Source of the DNA: a virus
Taxonomy: Duplodnaviria; Caudoviricetes
Reading direction: 5' to 3' (one strand)
IMG/VR virus record: IMGVR_UViG_3300015189_000004
Location: 1-57,358 of that record
Length of the DNA stretch: 57,358 nucleotides
The notes under the pieces are model-generated. The model saw only the letters and a program-made list of their open reading frames with translations, made no database searches and was not told the origin of the DNA. Positions 38,001 through 46,259 of the stretch are shown in pieces; the stretch's first letter is position 1, and each line of letters begins with the position of its first letter. A program made the position numbers and the translations under genes.

Positions 38001-38837
38001 TATCTCAAGGACGAGAAGGATGCAAAGGAGCTTTCCTACGCACTCAAGATCGTTATCAACATCGTCTATGGGTTGACTTCAGCGAAGTTCGACAACCCAT
38101 TCCGAGACACTCGCAACACGGACAATATCGTGGCTAAGCGTGGTGCTCTCTTCATGATCGATCTCAAGGAGTATGTCCAGAGCGAAGGATTCACTGTTGC
38201 TCACATCAAGACTGACTCGATTAAGATCCCGAACGCAACACCTGAGATCATCGAGAAGGTCTCTCTCTTTGGTTCCAAGTATGGCTACGACTTCGAGCAT
38301 GAGGCGACCTACACCAAGTTCTGCTTGGTCAACGACGCTGTCTATATCGCTCGGATCGATGAGAAAGAGAACCCGAATACGAAGTCTTGGATCGCGGTTG
38401 GTGCGCAGTTCCAGCACCCATTCGTATACAAGACTCTGTTCGACGTTCAGGCTGTCACGTTCGATGACTACTGCGAGACCAAGCAGGTCACTCAGGGTTC
38501 GATGTACCTGAACTTCGATGCTGTCCAGAGGCCAATGTTCATGGCGGAAGGAATGCACTTCGTTGGACGATGTGGTCGTTTCGTTCCTGTCACTCCAGAA
38601 AGCGGTGGCGGAGTTCTCGTTCGAGTCAAAGATGAGAAGCAGTACGCCGTGACGGGTACGAAGGGTTTCTTCTGGGTAGAAGCTGACGTGGCCAAGAATG
38701 TTGGTTGGGTTATCGATCCTGAAGATGACCCAACGAGTGACGCTGTTGTCATCGACATGGCCTATTTCGATCACCTCACTCGTGATGCAATCAAGACCAT
38801 CAACAAGTTCGGCGACTTCGAGGAGTTCGTGTCATGA
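35052..38837 (+). CDS. SF3 helicase-primase(AEP)-family B DNA polymerase fusion
   Basis: Walker A GPAGTGKST; prim-pol VIDFD and GVHLHY; exonuclease FDLEVY, GFNNRRYD, YCCNDV; PolB motifs LDIASMHP, KIVINIVYG, KTDS. Confidence 0.88.
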   Translation: MDFYQMCTRENKGVLDLYPDFTIGRSKDLMVRGHSFYAIWDEERGLWSTDEYDVQRLVDAELRKYTEDSLSSSGITHNVKYLQSFGSNNWTQFQSFMKNVSDNSHQLDEKLTFANSETKKSDYVSRSLPYPLAAGDYSAWDELVGTLYSVEERAKIEWAIGAVVSGDSKKIQKFIVLYGPAGTGKSTILNIILKMFEGYTTTFEAKALGSANGSFATEVFKNNPLVAIQQDGDLSKIDDNTKLNSIIAHEDMTMNEKFKPSYTAKVNAFLFMGTNQPVKISDAKSGIIRRLIDVHPTGVKIPVNHYHTLMSKIDFELGAIAQHCLEVYQRMGKNYYNAYRPLEMMLQTDIFFNFIEANYDVFKEQDGATLKQAYQLYKEFCSDTGIERVLAQYKVREELRNYFEDFKDRVTIDGIVMRSYYSGFTARPFKAPSKTDTSFSLVMDERESTFDQDYAEYPAQYANADETPLHRWSSVKTTLADIDTTKVHFVQIPENHIVIDFDLKNELGEKSLEQNLEAASFWPATYAEISKGEGGVHLHYIYDGDVSELAPEYSTGIEVKVYTGKSALRRKLTKCNNVPVASINSGLPIKEKKMLHTNTITSEKGLRDLIIRNLRKEIHPGTKPSIDFIQKILDDAYDSGMAYDLTDMRSTIMAFASNSSNQPMQALKIVQKMKFQGKEDAQPTVAQAKDERIVLFDLEVYPNLFVVCWKYKGDADVARMVNPTAQDVEALFRFKLVGFNNRRYDNHILYARYLGYSNEQLYILSQKIINNDHGAMFGEAYSLSYADIYDFTSKKQSLKKYEIELGIHHMEMDLPWDEPVAEEDIPRVVEYCCNDVNATEAVLDDRKQDFVARSILADLSGLEINDTTQKHTAKIVFGNDKFPQKQFQYTDLSKEFPGYVFDLGKSTYKGEEVGEGGYVYAEPGIYENVALLDIASMHPTTIDVLNMFGDYTKNYIDLKDARLAIKHGEYDWARKLFGGKLKPYLKDEKDAKELSYALKIVINIVYGLTSAKFDNPFRDTRNTDNIVAKRGALFMIDLKEYVQSEGFTVAHIKTDSIKIPNATPEIIEKVSLFGSKYGYDFEHEATYTKFCLVNDAVYIARIDEKENPNTKSWIAVGAQFQHPFVYKTLFDVQAVTFDDYCETKQVTQGSMYLNFDAVQRPMFMAEGMHFVGRCGRFVPVTPESGGGVLVRVKDEKQYAVTGTKGFFWVEADVAKNVGWVIDPEDDPTSDAVVIDMAYFDHLTRDAIKTINKFGDFEEFVS

Positions 38838-39137
38838 CTGAGTTGGAGTTGTTGCACCGTGCTCACAAATTATTGAATGATGCTTCCGAAGTGCGATTCA
38901 GCATGGTTGAGAAAGTCGTTCCTCTCGCAACAGAGGCTCTTGCCTGCATAGCTTTGGCAGCAGAACTTCGTATTCGTAGGGAGAACGATGCTTGATCAGC
39001 CGATGGCCCGGGAGGTTTGTGATCACTCCTGGGCTTGGGTGCATCCTGCAGGAGCAAAGCATTCCGCAAGAATCTGTATGTCCTGTCATGAGCCCTCAGC
39101 AGAGTGGCTTAACACAATTATTGAAAAGGGAGACATC

Positions 39138-39410
39138 ATGGACGCACCGTTTCAGGTCATTGCCCGAACGATCGTCATGGAGTACGTCAACGAGCACCTC
39201 GAGAAGACGGACAACGTCACGGCTGGTCTCGACGACATCTACGTGGTCTGGTGGTCCAAGACACTCCAGAACTGGAAGGCGATGGTCAGCACCACGCTTC
39301 CCGACGGGATGTACTACGAGGTCACCCACAACGGTGACAAGAACGAGACATATCTCGACACGTACAAGAAGTTTGACAACATCGTCATTTCGGACCTGAA
39401 CCATGTGTGA
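39138..39410 (+). CDS. Small conserved phage protein (DUF6275-like)
   Basis: VVWWSKTLQNWKAMVST...DGMYYEVTHNGDKNETYLDTYKK. Family name recalled. Confidence 0.6.
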   Translation: MDAPFQVIARTIVMEYVNEHLEKTDNVTAGLDDIYVVWWSKTLQNWKAMVSTTLPDGMYYEVTHNGDKNETYLDTYKKFDNIVISDLNHV

Positions 39411-39868
39411 CTGCGAAGAGCGAATCCATGAAGGCATTCATTGCGGTAGCCCGGCGTGTGAGTGTCATCCATCCGAGTTTGTCTACATGAGTATCTCATT
39501 TCCTCGTGTAGGTCGAGAGACGGCCAAGGCGCTCGTCTTGACTCTCACAGAGGCGGCGGGTCTTATCCCGTACAACGTGTTCTTCGAGGCGTCGATCGAC
39601 GAAGACGAGGACAACGATGGCTGACGTCGTCGAGCTTCCGGACCCAGTCTGTCACTGTCAGGGACGCGATCACCCGAAGATCAGGTGTGGTAGTGAGCAT
39701 TGCCACTGTCACTGCGACCCGCACCGCTAGCGTTACCCCACGGCTCTTGGTCAAGGGGTTTGTGTTCTCTTGGGACTACCAGCGAACAATCATGGTAGAG
39801 ATTGAGATCACAGACCCCTTGGCCATCGCCGAAATTCAGCGAGACCTCATAACAAAGAAGGAGGCTTT

Positions 39869-40258
39869 ATGAAACACGAGATCAAGAAACATTTCCAAGA
39901 GAACAAACGAGTGTATCTCGTGGGTGCAGGGTGTCTTGTTGTTGGGGTTGCTGGAGCACTTATGCTTACGCGTAGCGATGCTCGAGTGACGGTAGACGCT
40001 TGGAAGTTCATCGAGTTCAAATGGAAGTCCCCAACGACAAACAACATAATGCAAACGGTCATGGAACGTCGAGGGCACCCGGGCTATGTTGTTCGATGTA
40101 TTGAGACTGGCAAGAAGTTTGCAAGCCAAAACCAAGCTGCTTCTGAAATGGGGCTAAACGCGGGGAATCTTTGTTCGCATTTGAACGGTAAGTATGCTCA
40201 CGTTCAAGGATTCACGTTTGAACGTCTTGGCGAAGCCATTGCCTCCGGGGTCGCATAA
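39869..40258 (+). CDS. Membrane-anchored protein with C-terminal NUMOD1-like HTH (paralogue of 27311)
   Basis: IKKHFQENKRVYLVGAGCLVVG...FKWKSPTTN...VRCIETGKKFASQNQAASEMG...HVQGFTFERLGE. Confidence 0.78.
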   Translation: MKHEIKKHFQENKRVYLVGAGCLVVGVAGALMLTRSDARVTVDAWKFIEFKWKSPTTNNIMQTVMERRGHPGYVVRCIETGKKFASQNQAASEMGLNAGNLCSHLNGKYAHVQGFTFERLGEAIASGVA

Positions 40259-40281
40259 AATACACGCTCTATAATGAGACC
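40251..40281 (+). promoter_or_regulatory. Promoter motif, copy 9 (overlaps the 39869 stop codon)
   Basis: TCGCATAAAATACACGCTCTATAATGAGACC. Confidence 0.85.
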
Positions 40282-40408
40282 AACCACTGGACGCCCGTTA
40301 AGGGTATCCGACAATGGACGCCCGTTAAGGGTATCCGACAATGGACGCCCGTTAAGGGTATCCAATACCAGACGCCCGTTAAGGGTATCGAAAAGTGGTT
40401 GGTCTCAT
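40274..40408 (+). ncRNA. Candidate small RNA D (4 x GACGCCCGTTAAGGGTATC, 27-nt period)
   Basis: Perfect 15-bp terminal stem 40274-40288/40394-40408; repeats at 40290, 40317, 40344 and 40371. Confidence 0.78.
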
Positions 40409-40410
40409 TT

Positions 40411-40495
40411 GAACCCATAACGTATAGGAGACCCCAGAAGGGGACACCTTTGCCGGAGACCCCAGAAGGGGACACTGGTAGTTATGGGTTCTCAT
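40411..40495 (+). ncRNA. Candidate small RNA E (2 x GGAGACCCCAGAAGGGGACAC)
   Basis: 11-bp stem GAACCCATAAC/GTTATGGGTTC; repeats at 40427 and 40455; ends in TCTCAT. Confidence 0.72.
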
Positions 40496-40592
40496 AAACA
40501 AGATTAGAACTCCAATCAACGAGTCACCCCTTTAGGGGAGGCCATGTTATGCACTGCAGGCTTGGGTTGTACACGGATTCTTGTTTTCTCAT
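40496..40592 (+). ncRNA. Candidate small RNA F (single GTC-A-CCCC-TTTA-GGGG-A-GGC hairpin)
   Basis: AAACAAGA/TCTTGTTT stem; ends in TCTCAT followed by TTCTGCTT. Confidence 0.55.
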
Positions 40593-40624
40593 TTCTGCTT
40601 TCAAACAAAGAAGGAGTAGCAATT

Positions 40625-41050
40625 GTGCAGACATTTCTGCCATACGAAAGCTTCGAGGAGTCAGCACGAGTTCTTGACCGTCAGCGCTTAGGCAAGCAAC
40701 GTGTTGAGGGTTACCAAATCCTCAAGGCACTTGTCCTAGGGACGGGATGGATTCATCATCCGGCAACAAAGCAGTGGGCTGGCCACGAGTTCTGGTTAGT
40801 GGACTACATTCTCGTCATGATCGACGAGTGGACACGTCGAGGCTACAAGGACTCCGTCCGGGACAAGATCGATGCTCTTCTTCTGGAGTATCCACTTCCT
40901 TTGTGTTCTCGTCCAGACTGGCTTGGGTATGAGCCATACCACGCATCACACCGAGCAAACCTTCTTCGTAAGGATCAGTTCTACTACGGTCAGTTCGGAT
41001 GGACCGAAGATTCAACCACGCCATATTACTGGCCATCGCACAACAACTAA
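40625..41050 (+). CDS. Pyrimidine-dimer DNA glycosylase/endonuclease V-like protein (MSMEG_6728 family)
   Basis: MQTFLPY...LDRQRLGKQRVE..QIL...HHPA..QW...HASHRANLLRKD; AAGGAG RBS before GTG. Confidence 0.8.
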   Translation: MQTFLPYESFEESARVLDRQRLGKQRVEGYQILKALVLGTGWIHHPATKQWAGHEFWLVDYILVMIDEWTRRGYKDSVRDKIDALLLEYPLPLCSRPDWLGYEPYHASHRANLLRKDQFYYGQFGWTEDSTTPYYWPSHNN

Positions 41051-41062
41051 GGAGCACTAAAT

Positions 41063-41560
41063 ATGGCTTACAACGACAACAACGTTCTCATGGAGGACGT
41101 TCGTATCATCTTCCGAAACTTCGCTGGCAAGGAGGGGATGTACAACCGAGAAGGCGACCGCAACTTCGCAGTTCTCCTCGATCCTCAGCTCGCGGAAGCG
41201 ATGTCCAAGGACGGCTGGAACGTCAAGACCCTCAAGGCGCGAGAAGAGGAGGACGAGCCTCAGGCATATCTGCAGATCTCGGTCAACTTCAAGGGCCGTC
41301 CGCCGCAGATCGTCATGATCACCTCTCGTGGTCGCAACCATCTCGGTGAAGACGAGGTCGAGCTTCTGGACTGGGCAGACATCCGTCAGACGGACCTGAT
41401 CATCCGGCCCTACGAGTGGGCTGTCAACGGCAAGACTGGAGTCAAGGCATATCTCCAGTCGATCTACGTGACCATCGAGGAAGACGCACTGCAGCTCAAG
41501 TACGCCGATGTGCAGGACATCCAGTCTCGCAGCGGACGTACCGACGACCGGGAGGACTGA
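41063..41560 (+). CDS. Single-stranded DNA-binding protein
   Basis: IIFRNFAG...YNREGDRNF and GVKAYL motifs, acidic C-terminus, AAGGAG RBS. Confidence 0.65.
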   Translation: MAYNDNNVLMEDVRIIFRNFAGKEGMYNREGDRNFAVLLDPQLAEAMSKDGWNVKTLKAREEEDEPQAYLQISVNFKGRPPQIVMITSRGRNHLGEDEVELLDWADIRQTDLIIRPYEWAVNGKTGVKAYLQSIYVTIEEDALQLKYADVQDIQSRSGRTDDRED

Positions 41561-41743
41561 TGGACGAAGAGTTCATTCGACCGGCAACCTGTCAGTTCTG
41601 TCTCGCTGATCCGAAATACACCGGCTTGGGTCCTGATCCAACAAAAAGATGTCCTGTCTGTGGATCGGCATACTGTGGCCCTCGTCGATCTAAAGAGTAT
41701 GTAACCCTAGTTGAGGCGCAACTCGTCTCGAGAGAGGACTGAC

Positions 41744-42370
41744 ATGGACAGCGATACCTGGGTTCAGAGGATTCGGGCATGGTGGAACTGGACGTTCTAC
41801 TACCGCGTGACACGAAACCGGGAGCAGTTGCTTCTGTGGTTTGTCGGTCATCTGCCTCGAGAGGTTGCCTATCGTGCAGCCATTCGGGTGATTGCTGACG
41901 CGACTACCGGTGCATATGGCAACCAGAACGTTCCGGAGTTGTATGCCATGGATGCAATCGAACGTTGGCCAAAGCGTCTGGGTGGTGATCGTACTAACAG
42001 AAAGACTAGGGACGATCAAGTTCTTCTGACTGATGAGCAGCTCGGCCGGTACACCTATCAAGACGATCAGAGATCTCACGATCTTGCTGTAGCGATCTGT
42101 CACACAGTCGATTACATCGGCACGGAGAACCTTCCGGCAGTTCCGGGTTGGTCTTGGTTTGATGCCCTCGATCAGCATTATCCAGAGATGGCTCAGCAGT
42201 TCGTTTCCGGTCGTGTCGGTGAGAAGGGTGGTCGATGCTCATCTTGTCATACCATGCAGACGATTCGTTACGGGATGATCAGAGCGCATGCCGACTCGAA
42301 CGAGAAGATCTGTTCGGGTTCAGGGTTCCCTCCGCTTGATCCACCTCTGAACGTGTCGAACGGTGAATAG
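41744..42370 (+). CDS. Hypothetical protein
   Basis: GAGGA RBS before MDSDTW; C-terminal CxxC...H...C cluster. Confidence 0.55.
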   Translation: MDSDTWVQRIRAWWNWTFYYRVTRNREQLLLWFVGHLPREVAYRAAIRVIADATTGAYGNQNVPELYAMDAIERWPKRLGGDRTNRKTRDDQVLLTDEQLGRYTYQDDQRSHDLAVAICHTVDYIGTENLPAVPGWSWFDALDQHYPEMAQQFVSGRVGEKGGRCSSCHTMQTIRYGMIRAHADSNEKICSGSGFPPLDPPLNVSNGE

Positions 42371-42830
42371 CTCACACATATTCACGTACTGGAATGGTCT
42401 TCCCACAACAGCTTCACGTGGGACGGCCGTAGTCGCTGACGCACCAGAGTTCTCCCTTTACTGGGCAAGGGCTTTGGTGGGTCAGCGCATTCCAGTTGTG
42501 AAGGTCTACCTTGACGGCGTGAACTACGGCGGGGGTATCACATATCTCGACAACCGCGATGGCTCAGGGTGGCATAAGGTCACTGCGGGTCGCGGTTCGT
42601 CGAGGTATGCACACGGAGAAGTGTCCATCGAAGAAGACAGCTTTGAGGAAGATCATGCATAACGAAGCGGTGCAGACTCTTATTCTGTTGGAGCCTGACG
42701 AAGCACACACAGATAGCTGCAGAGCACACAAGGACCCGTCCAAGTGCAACTGCTATCTTCTCCAGAATGCCAAAACTCGAGTCACCGCGCTGGAGCAGGC
42801 GGGGTGGACAAATATCAGGAGGCACTCAGT

Positions 42831-43211
42831 ATGAACGAAGCGAAGCGTTACCGCAGGAAAGCTCGAGCCATCGACAAACTCATCCCAACAGACGACATCG
42901 TTCTCGAAGCGATGCAGTTGACTGGTCGTCCTGTTGAGACCATGCATGTCTGTGAGTGGATTCGAGACAGCGGATATCCATGGCTTCTCGGAAACGCGAC
43001 TCAGCCCGAAACGCTTGTGCCCGAGGGTGGTGGAAAAGCCGGCGACCCCGGTATCTATCTCGACCCAGCAACGGGAGAGCTTGTCGTTCGAATGCGCGAT
43101 CACGATGAGCGGGGTAAGTATGGGGAGTGGTGGCTTCATTTCCCTGACGGAAGTTTTCGAGCGTACTCTCCGGAGTTCTTTGCAGCCATGTACGAACCGC
43201 TCAACGACTGA
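42831..43211 (+). CDS. Hypothetical protein (YRRK...EA.Q / G.W...F...F...YE family)
   Basis: AGGAGG RBS; distant paralogue of 43626. Confidence 0.6.
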   Translation: MNEAKRYRRKARAIDKLIPTDDIVLEAMQLTGRPVETMHVCEWIRDSGYPWLLGNATQPETLVPEGGGKAGDPGIYLDPATGELVVRMRDHDERGKYGEWWLHFPDGSFRAYSPEFFAAMYEPLND

Positions 43212-43625
43212 TCCCAACCACCCGCCCCCAGTACTAAGAAGGAGTAAATGTGTCTACCACGATCCCCAAAGAGTTCGTCGGAACGCCCACAGTCACCCCC
43301 GGAAAGATTGCTGATTTTACCGAGTGGTATGTGAGCATGCTCGGCGACATGGACAAGGCTAGCGACATGGATGACGCCCTCTACTACTGGGGGTTCAGCG
43401 ATGCGATGGAGTCAGTACTTACGGTTCTCCACAACAATACCGCCGAAGCTGTCAAGGTCGTAGTCAAGCCGGGTCGTCATCTCATCACCAAGAAGCGTGT
43501 CATCATCGGCGTGACGATCTTTGTCTTGTACAAGAACCGGACTCGAATCAAAACCAAGCTCAATGAGGTCAAGGACCACCTCAAGCACATCTGATCTACA
43601 CAAACTCTGAAAGAGGAATCGAATT

Positions 43626-44084
43626 ATGTCTTTGAAGCCAGTGAAGTATGTCCGCAAGCCGTTCTACATCGACGCCATACAGGTTACCACAGAGAACCTC
43701 AACGAGGTTGCCAAGTGGTGCCAGGGTGAGGTGCGCTGGGCATGCAGAGACCCCAAGGGGACTGCTGAGAAGGATGCGTACGTCAAGGTCCGTGTTCATC
43801 GTCCTCTGAATGAGCGTCAGACTCAGGCCTTCGTCGGTGACTGGGTTCTGTATGCCGGAACCGGGTACAAGGTCTACACCCTCAAGGCGTTCACCAACAG
43901 CTTCGAGGTTGTTGACAGCGTCTCGAGGTATGAGATGGAGCGGATCGAGAACGAGCGTGAGGCAGAGGCCAAGATCGTCCGTGAAGAGAAGTTCAACCAG
44001 ATCGAGCTCACCGAGAAGATCGAAGAGCTCATGACCGTCAACCAGCAGGCAGTGCTTGCTCCCGTCGAATTCAAGGAAGCCTGA
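43626..44084 (+). CDS. Hypothetical protein (KYVRKP..IDAIQ...GDWVL family)
   Basis: GAGGA RBS; motif shared with 42831. Confidence 0.65.
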   Translation: MSLKPVKYVRKPFYIDAIQVTTENLNEVAKWCQGEVRWACRDPKGTAEKDAYVKVRVHRPLNERQTQAFVGDWVLYAGTGYKVYTLKAFTNSFEVVDSVSRYEMERIENEREAEAKIVREEKFNQIELTEKIEELMTVNQQAVLAPVEFKEA

Positions 44085-44480
44085 CATGAACGAGCACACG
44101 GCCAACGTGGCCACCATCACCATCATTGTCCTCGGGGTTTTGGCCCTGAAGGTTCTCAAGAAGAAGGGTTTGTTATGAGCGAACAGCCTGCAGTTCCCGC
44201 AGTGACCCAGATCGTCATCCCGCCGAAGCCCCGGCCGACGCGTGAGCTTGAGATCGAGGCTGACATGGCCGTTCGATATCTCGAGCAGTTCACTCGCAGT
44301 GACCGGCTTGACCCGGACCTGCGGATGGCGATGACGGGCATGGGTGTCTTCTGTGTTGGTGTGATGGTTATCGCCGTCAAGGCGGGCATCGCACAGGAAG
44401 CACGGATGACTTCTACGTTGAATGGGTACGTCGATCAGCTCAACGCTTTGGTCGAGATGTCTCAGGTCAACGCGCTGTAA

Positions 44481-44765
44481 CAACTCCTCTGGGGGAGTCT
44501 AAACCGCTTAAGCCCAGAGCGTCGGGACTCGATTTGTAGGGGGTCGGGTCCCGGGTGGCTGTGAAGGACAACACAGAAGTCTAATTGACGGTAGCCTGTC
44601 GATATAGATCTAAATAAAAAACCGGTTCGTGGTTTACCCCGCGAGGGGATCGAAGAGGATCGACTACTCCAAGTCGAAACTCGATTACCTTTATGCATGG
44701 AGCTTAAGGTAAACGAACGACGGTGGTGGGGCTATGGACAGCGACAGGTTCTTAGCCCCACTGCC
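44481..44765 (+). ncRNA. Candidate large structured RNA
   Basis: ~285 nt with no + strand ORF in the track; several hairpins with G.U pairs and a possible pseudoknot CCTGTCG (44595)/CGACAGG (44742). Confidence 0.55.
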
Positions 44766-45022
44766 CTTTAACCCACCCAAATTTTGAAGGAGATCGGCAT
44801 GACCAAAGCTCGGCGTCAGGGTTTCTATACCCGAGGCAAAAGTAACCGCAGCAGCAAGCGTCTGTACATGACTGGATCTCCGGTCGAGAAGCTCATCAAC
44901 TTGATTGAGCGCGAGGCCAAGCACAACCCACACGCAAGCGCTTTGCAGAGGAAGCGTGACGAAGACGCACGAGCCTTCCGGCTCAGCGAAAACCAAACCA
45001 AAATTTCAGAAAAGGAATTGTC

Positions 45023-45451
45023 ATGAAGAAGTCCATTGCTTCGATCATCGCTATCTGCACCATAGCTTTTCTGTCTGCCTGCTCCAGTCCTGCTGTCGAG
45101 GACGCTGCATCGGTAGCCGCTCCGGTTGCCGTCGTCACCACCACGGAGGCTCCTGTGTCTTGGAACGGTACTTGGAAGGCCGAGGGAATGTCGGCTGTCA
45201 TCAAGGACAATCTCATCACGATCAACATCGTCTCTCCCGACACCACCTCGCTCTACTGGCAGGGTGACTGGGATATGAGCAAGCCGGCTAAGGATGGGAC
45301 TGACATGGTCTCGATCGGGGATGTCGCAGCAATGAGTGCGTCGATGCTCGGCTCGCAGGACAACAAGAAGGCCTTCTCTTTTGAGAACGATGAGCTGAAG
45401 TTCTCGTTCTCGATGATGGGGACCACCAAGACCATTCGTCTGAAGAAGTAG
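45023..45451 (+). CDS. Lipoprotein
   Basis: MKK plus hydrophobic stretch plus lipobox LSAC. Confidence 0.8.
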   Translation: MKKSIASIIAICTIAFLSACSSPAVEDAASVAAPVAVVTTTEAPVSWNGTWKAEGMSAVIKDNLITINIVSPDTTSLYWQGDWDMSKPAKDGTDMVSIGDVAAMSASMLGSQDNKKAFSFENDELKFSFSMMGTTKTIRLKK

Positions 45452-46180
45452 GGGCTATGAAGATCAAGTGTGAGAAGCACAACCGTAGGGTCATGATCAT
45501 CCCAAAGCCGCTGGGTATTCCTCAGGTCACTCTTCATCGAGATGACGGGTCACACTGCGATCTTCTCGGCGCATACATCATGGGTAAGAAGGTCGTATCT
45601 TTTCGTGCGATTGATCACCACATCATGGTCATGAAGGAGCTCAAGTGACTCAGAACGTTTTCGACAACGCTGAGCCAGACCCAACGGTTCCGGGGATGAC
45701 CTTGGAGAAGCTCAACGCGATGATCAAGTCAGAGAACATCTGGCATGAGGGTCAAGTCGCTCTGGACCTCAGTCGGTACGAGGCAACTGCTCGCACTGAG
45801 AAAGCTCGTCACGATTTTCGACTGCAGGAACTCGAGATGATCATCACGACTCTCAAAAGTCTGCCTAGAGGAGAACAATGAGCATTTTCACACTGTCCGA
45901 GGATGACCCAATCGTTATTCGGGCGAAGGGTCTCAAGGATGCAGGCATGACTGAGGTCGGCTTCATTCCCGAAGACGAGTACGGCTGCAAGATCTACGGT
46001 CGGAACGAGTACGGACGACTGATGCTCATCGGCATTCACTCAAAGAGCTACGGGTGCCCGAAGAAGAGCACCGACAGCATCCAGATCACAGCAAGTCTAC
46101 TAAGGAGGTGATCGGCATGAGACCCAAGTCCAACACCCACGCACTCTGAGTATAGCTCGTCGCCGGCCCATAACTGAATA

Positions 46181-46259
46181 GCGCTGCACGGCACCTCATA
46201 GGGCTGTGGGAACTCACTCGATATCGAGGAGTAAAGAGGTTCGAACCCTCTTCAGCGCA
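46181..46259 (+). ncRNA. tRNA-like element (non-canonical)
   Basis: GCGCTG/CAGCGC-A acceptor-like stem and AGAGG-TTCGAAC-CCTCT T-arm; the D and anticodon arms are atypical. Confidence 0.5.

Noticed and set aside
40290-40389. CRISPR array call for the 4 x 19-nt repeats (and the 27848-27914 repeats)
   Set aside because: Linkers are only 8-10 nt and two are identical; no cas operon is present. The Cas4-like gene is an ordinary phage exonuclease.
40269-40475. Minus-strand 68-aa ORF with IPLTGV repeats
   Set aside because: It is a by-product of the 27-nt repeat period, runs antisense to the promoter and is against the all-plus gene orientation.
46195-46201. tRNA-Met call from CTCATAG
   Set aside because: The CAT lies in the D-arm position, not in a canonical anticodon arm.
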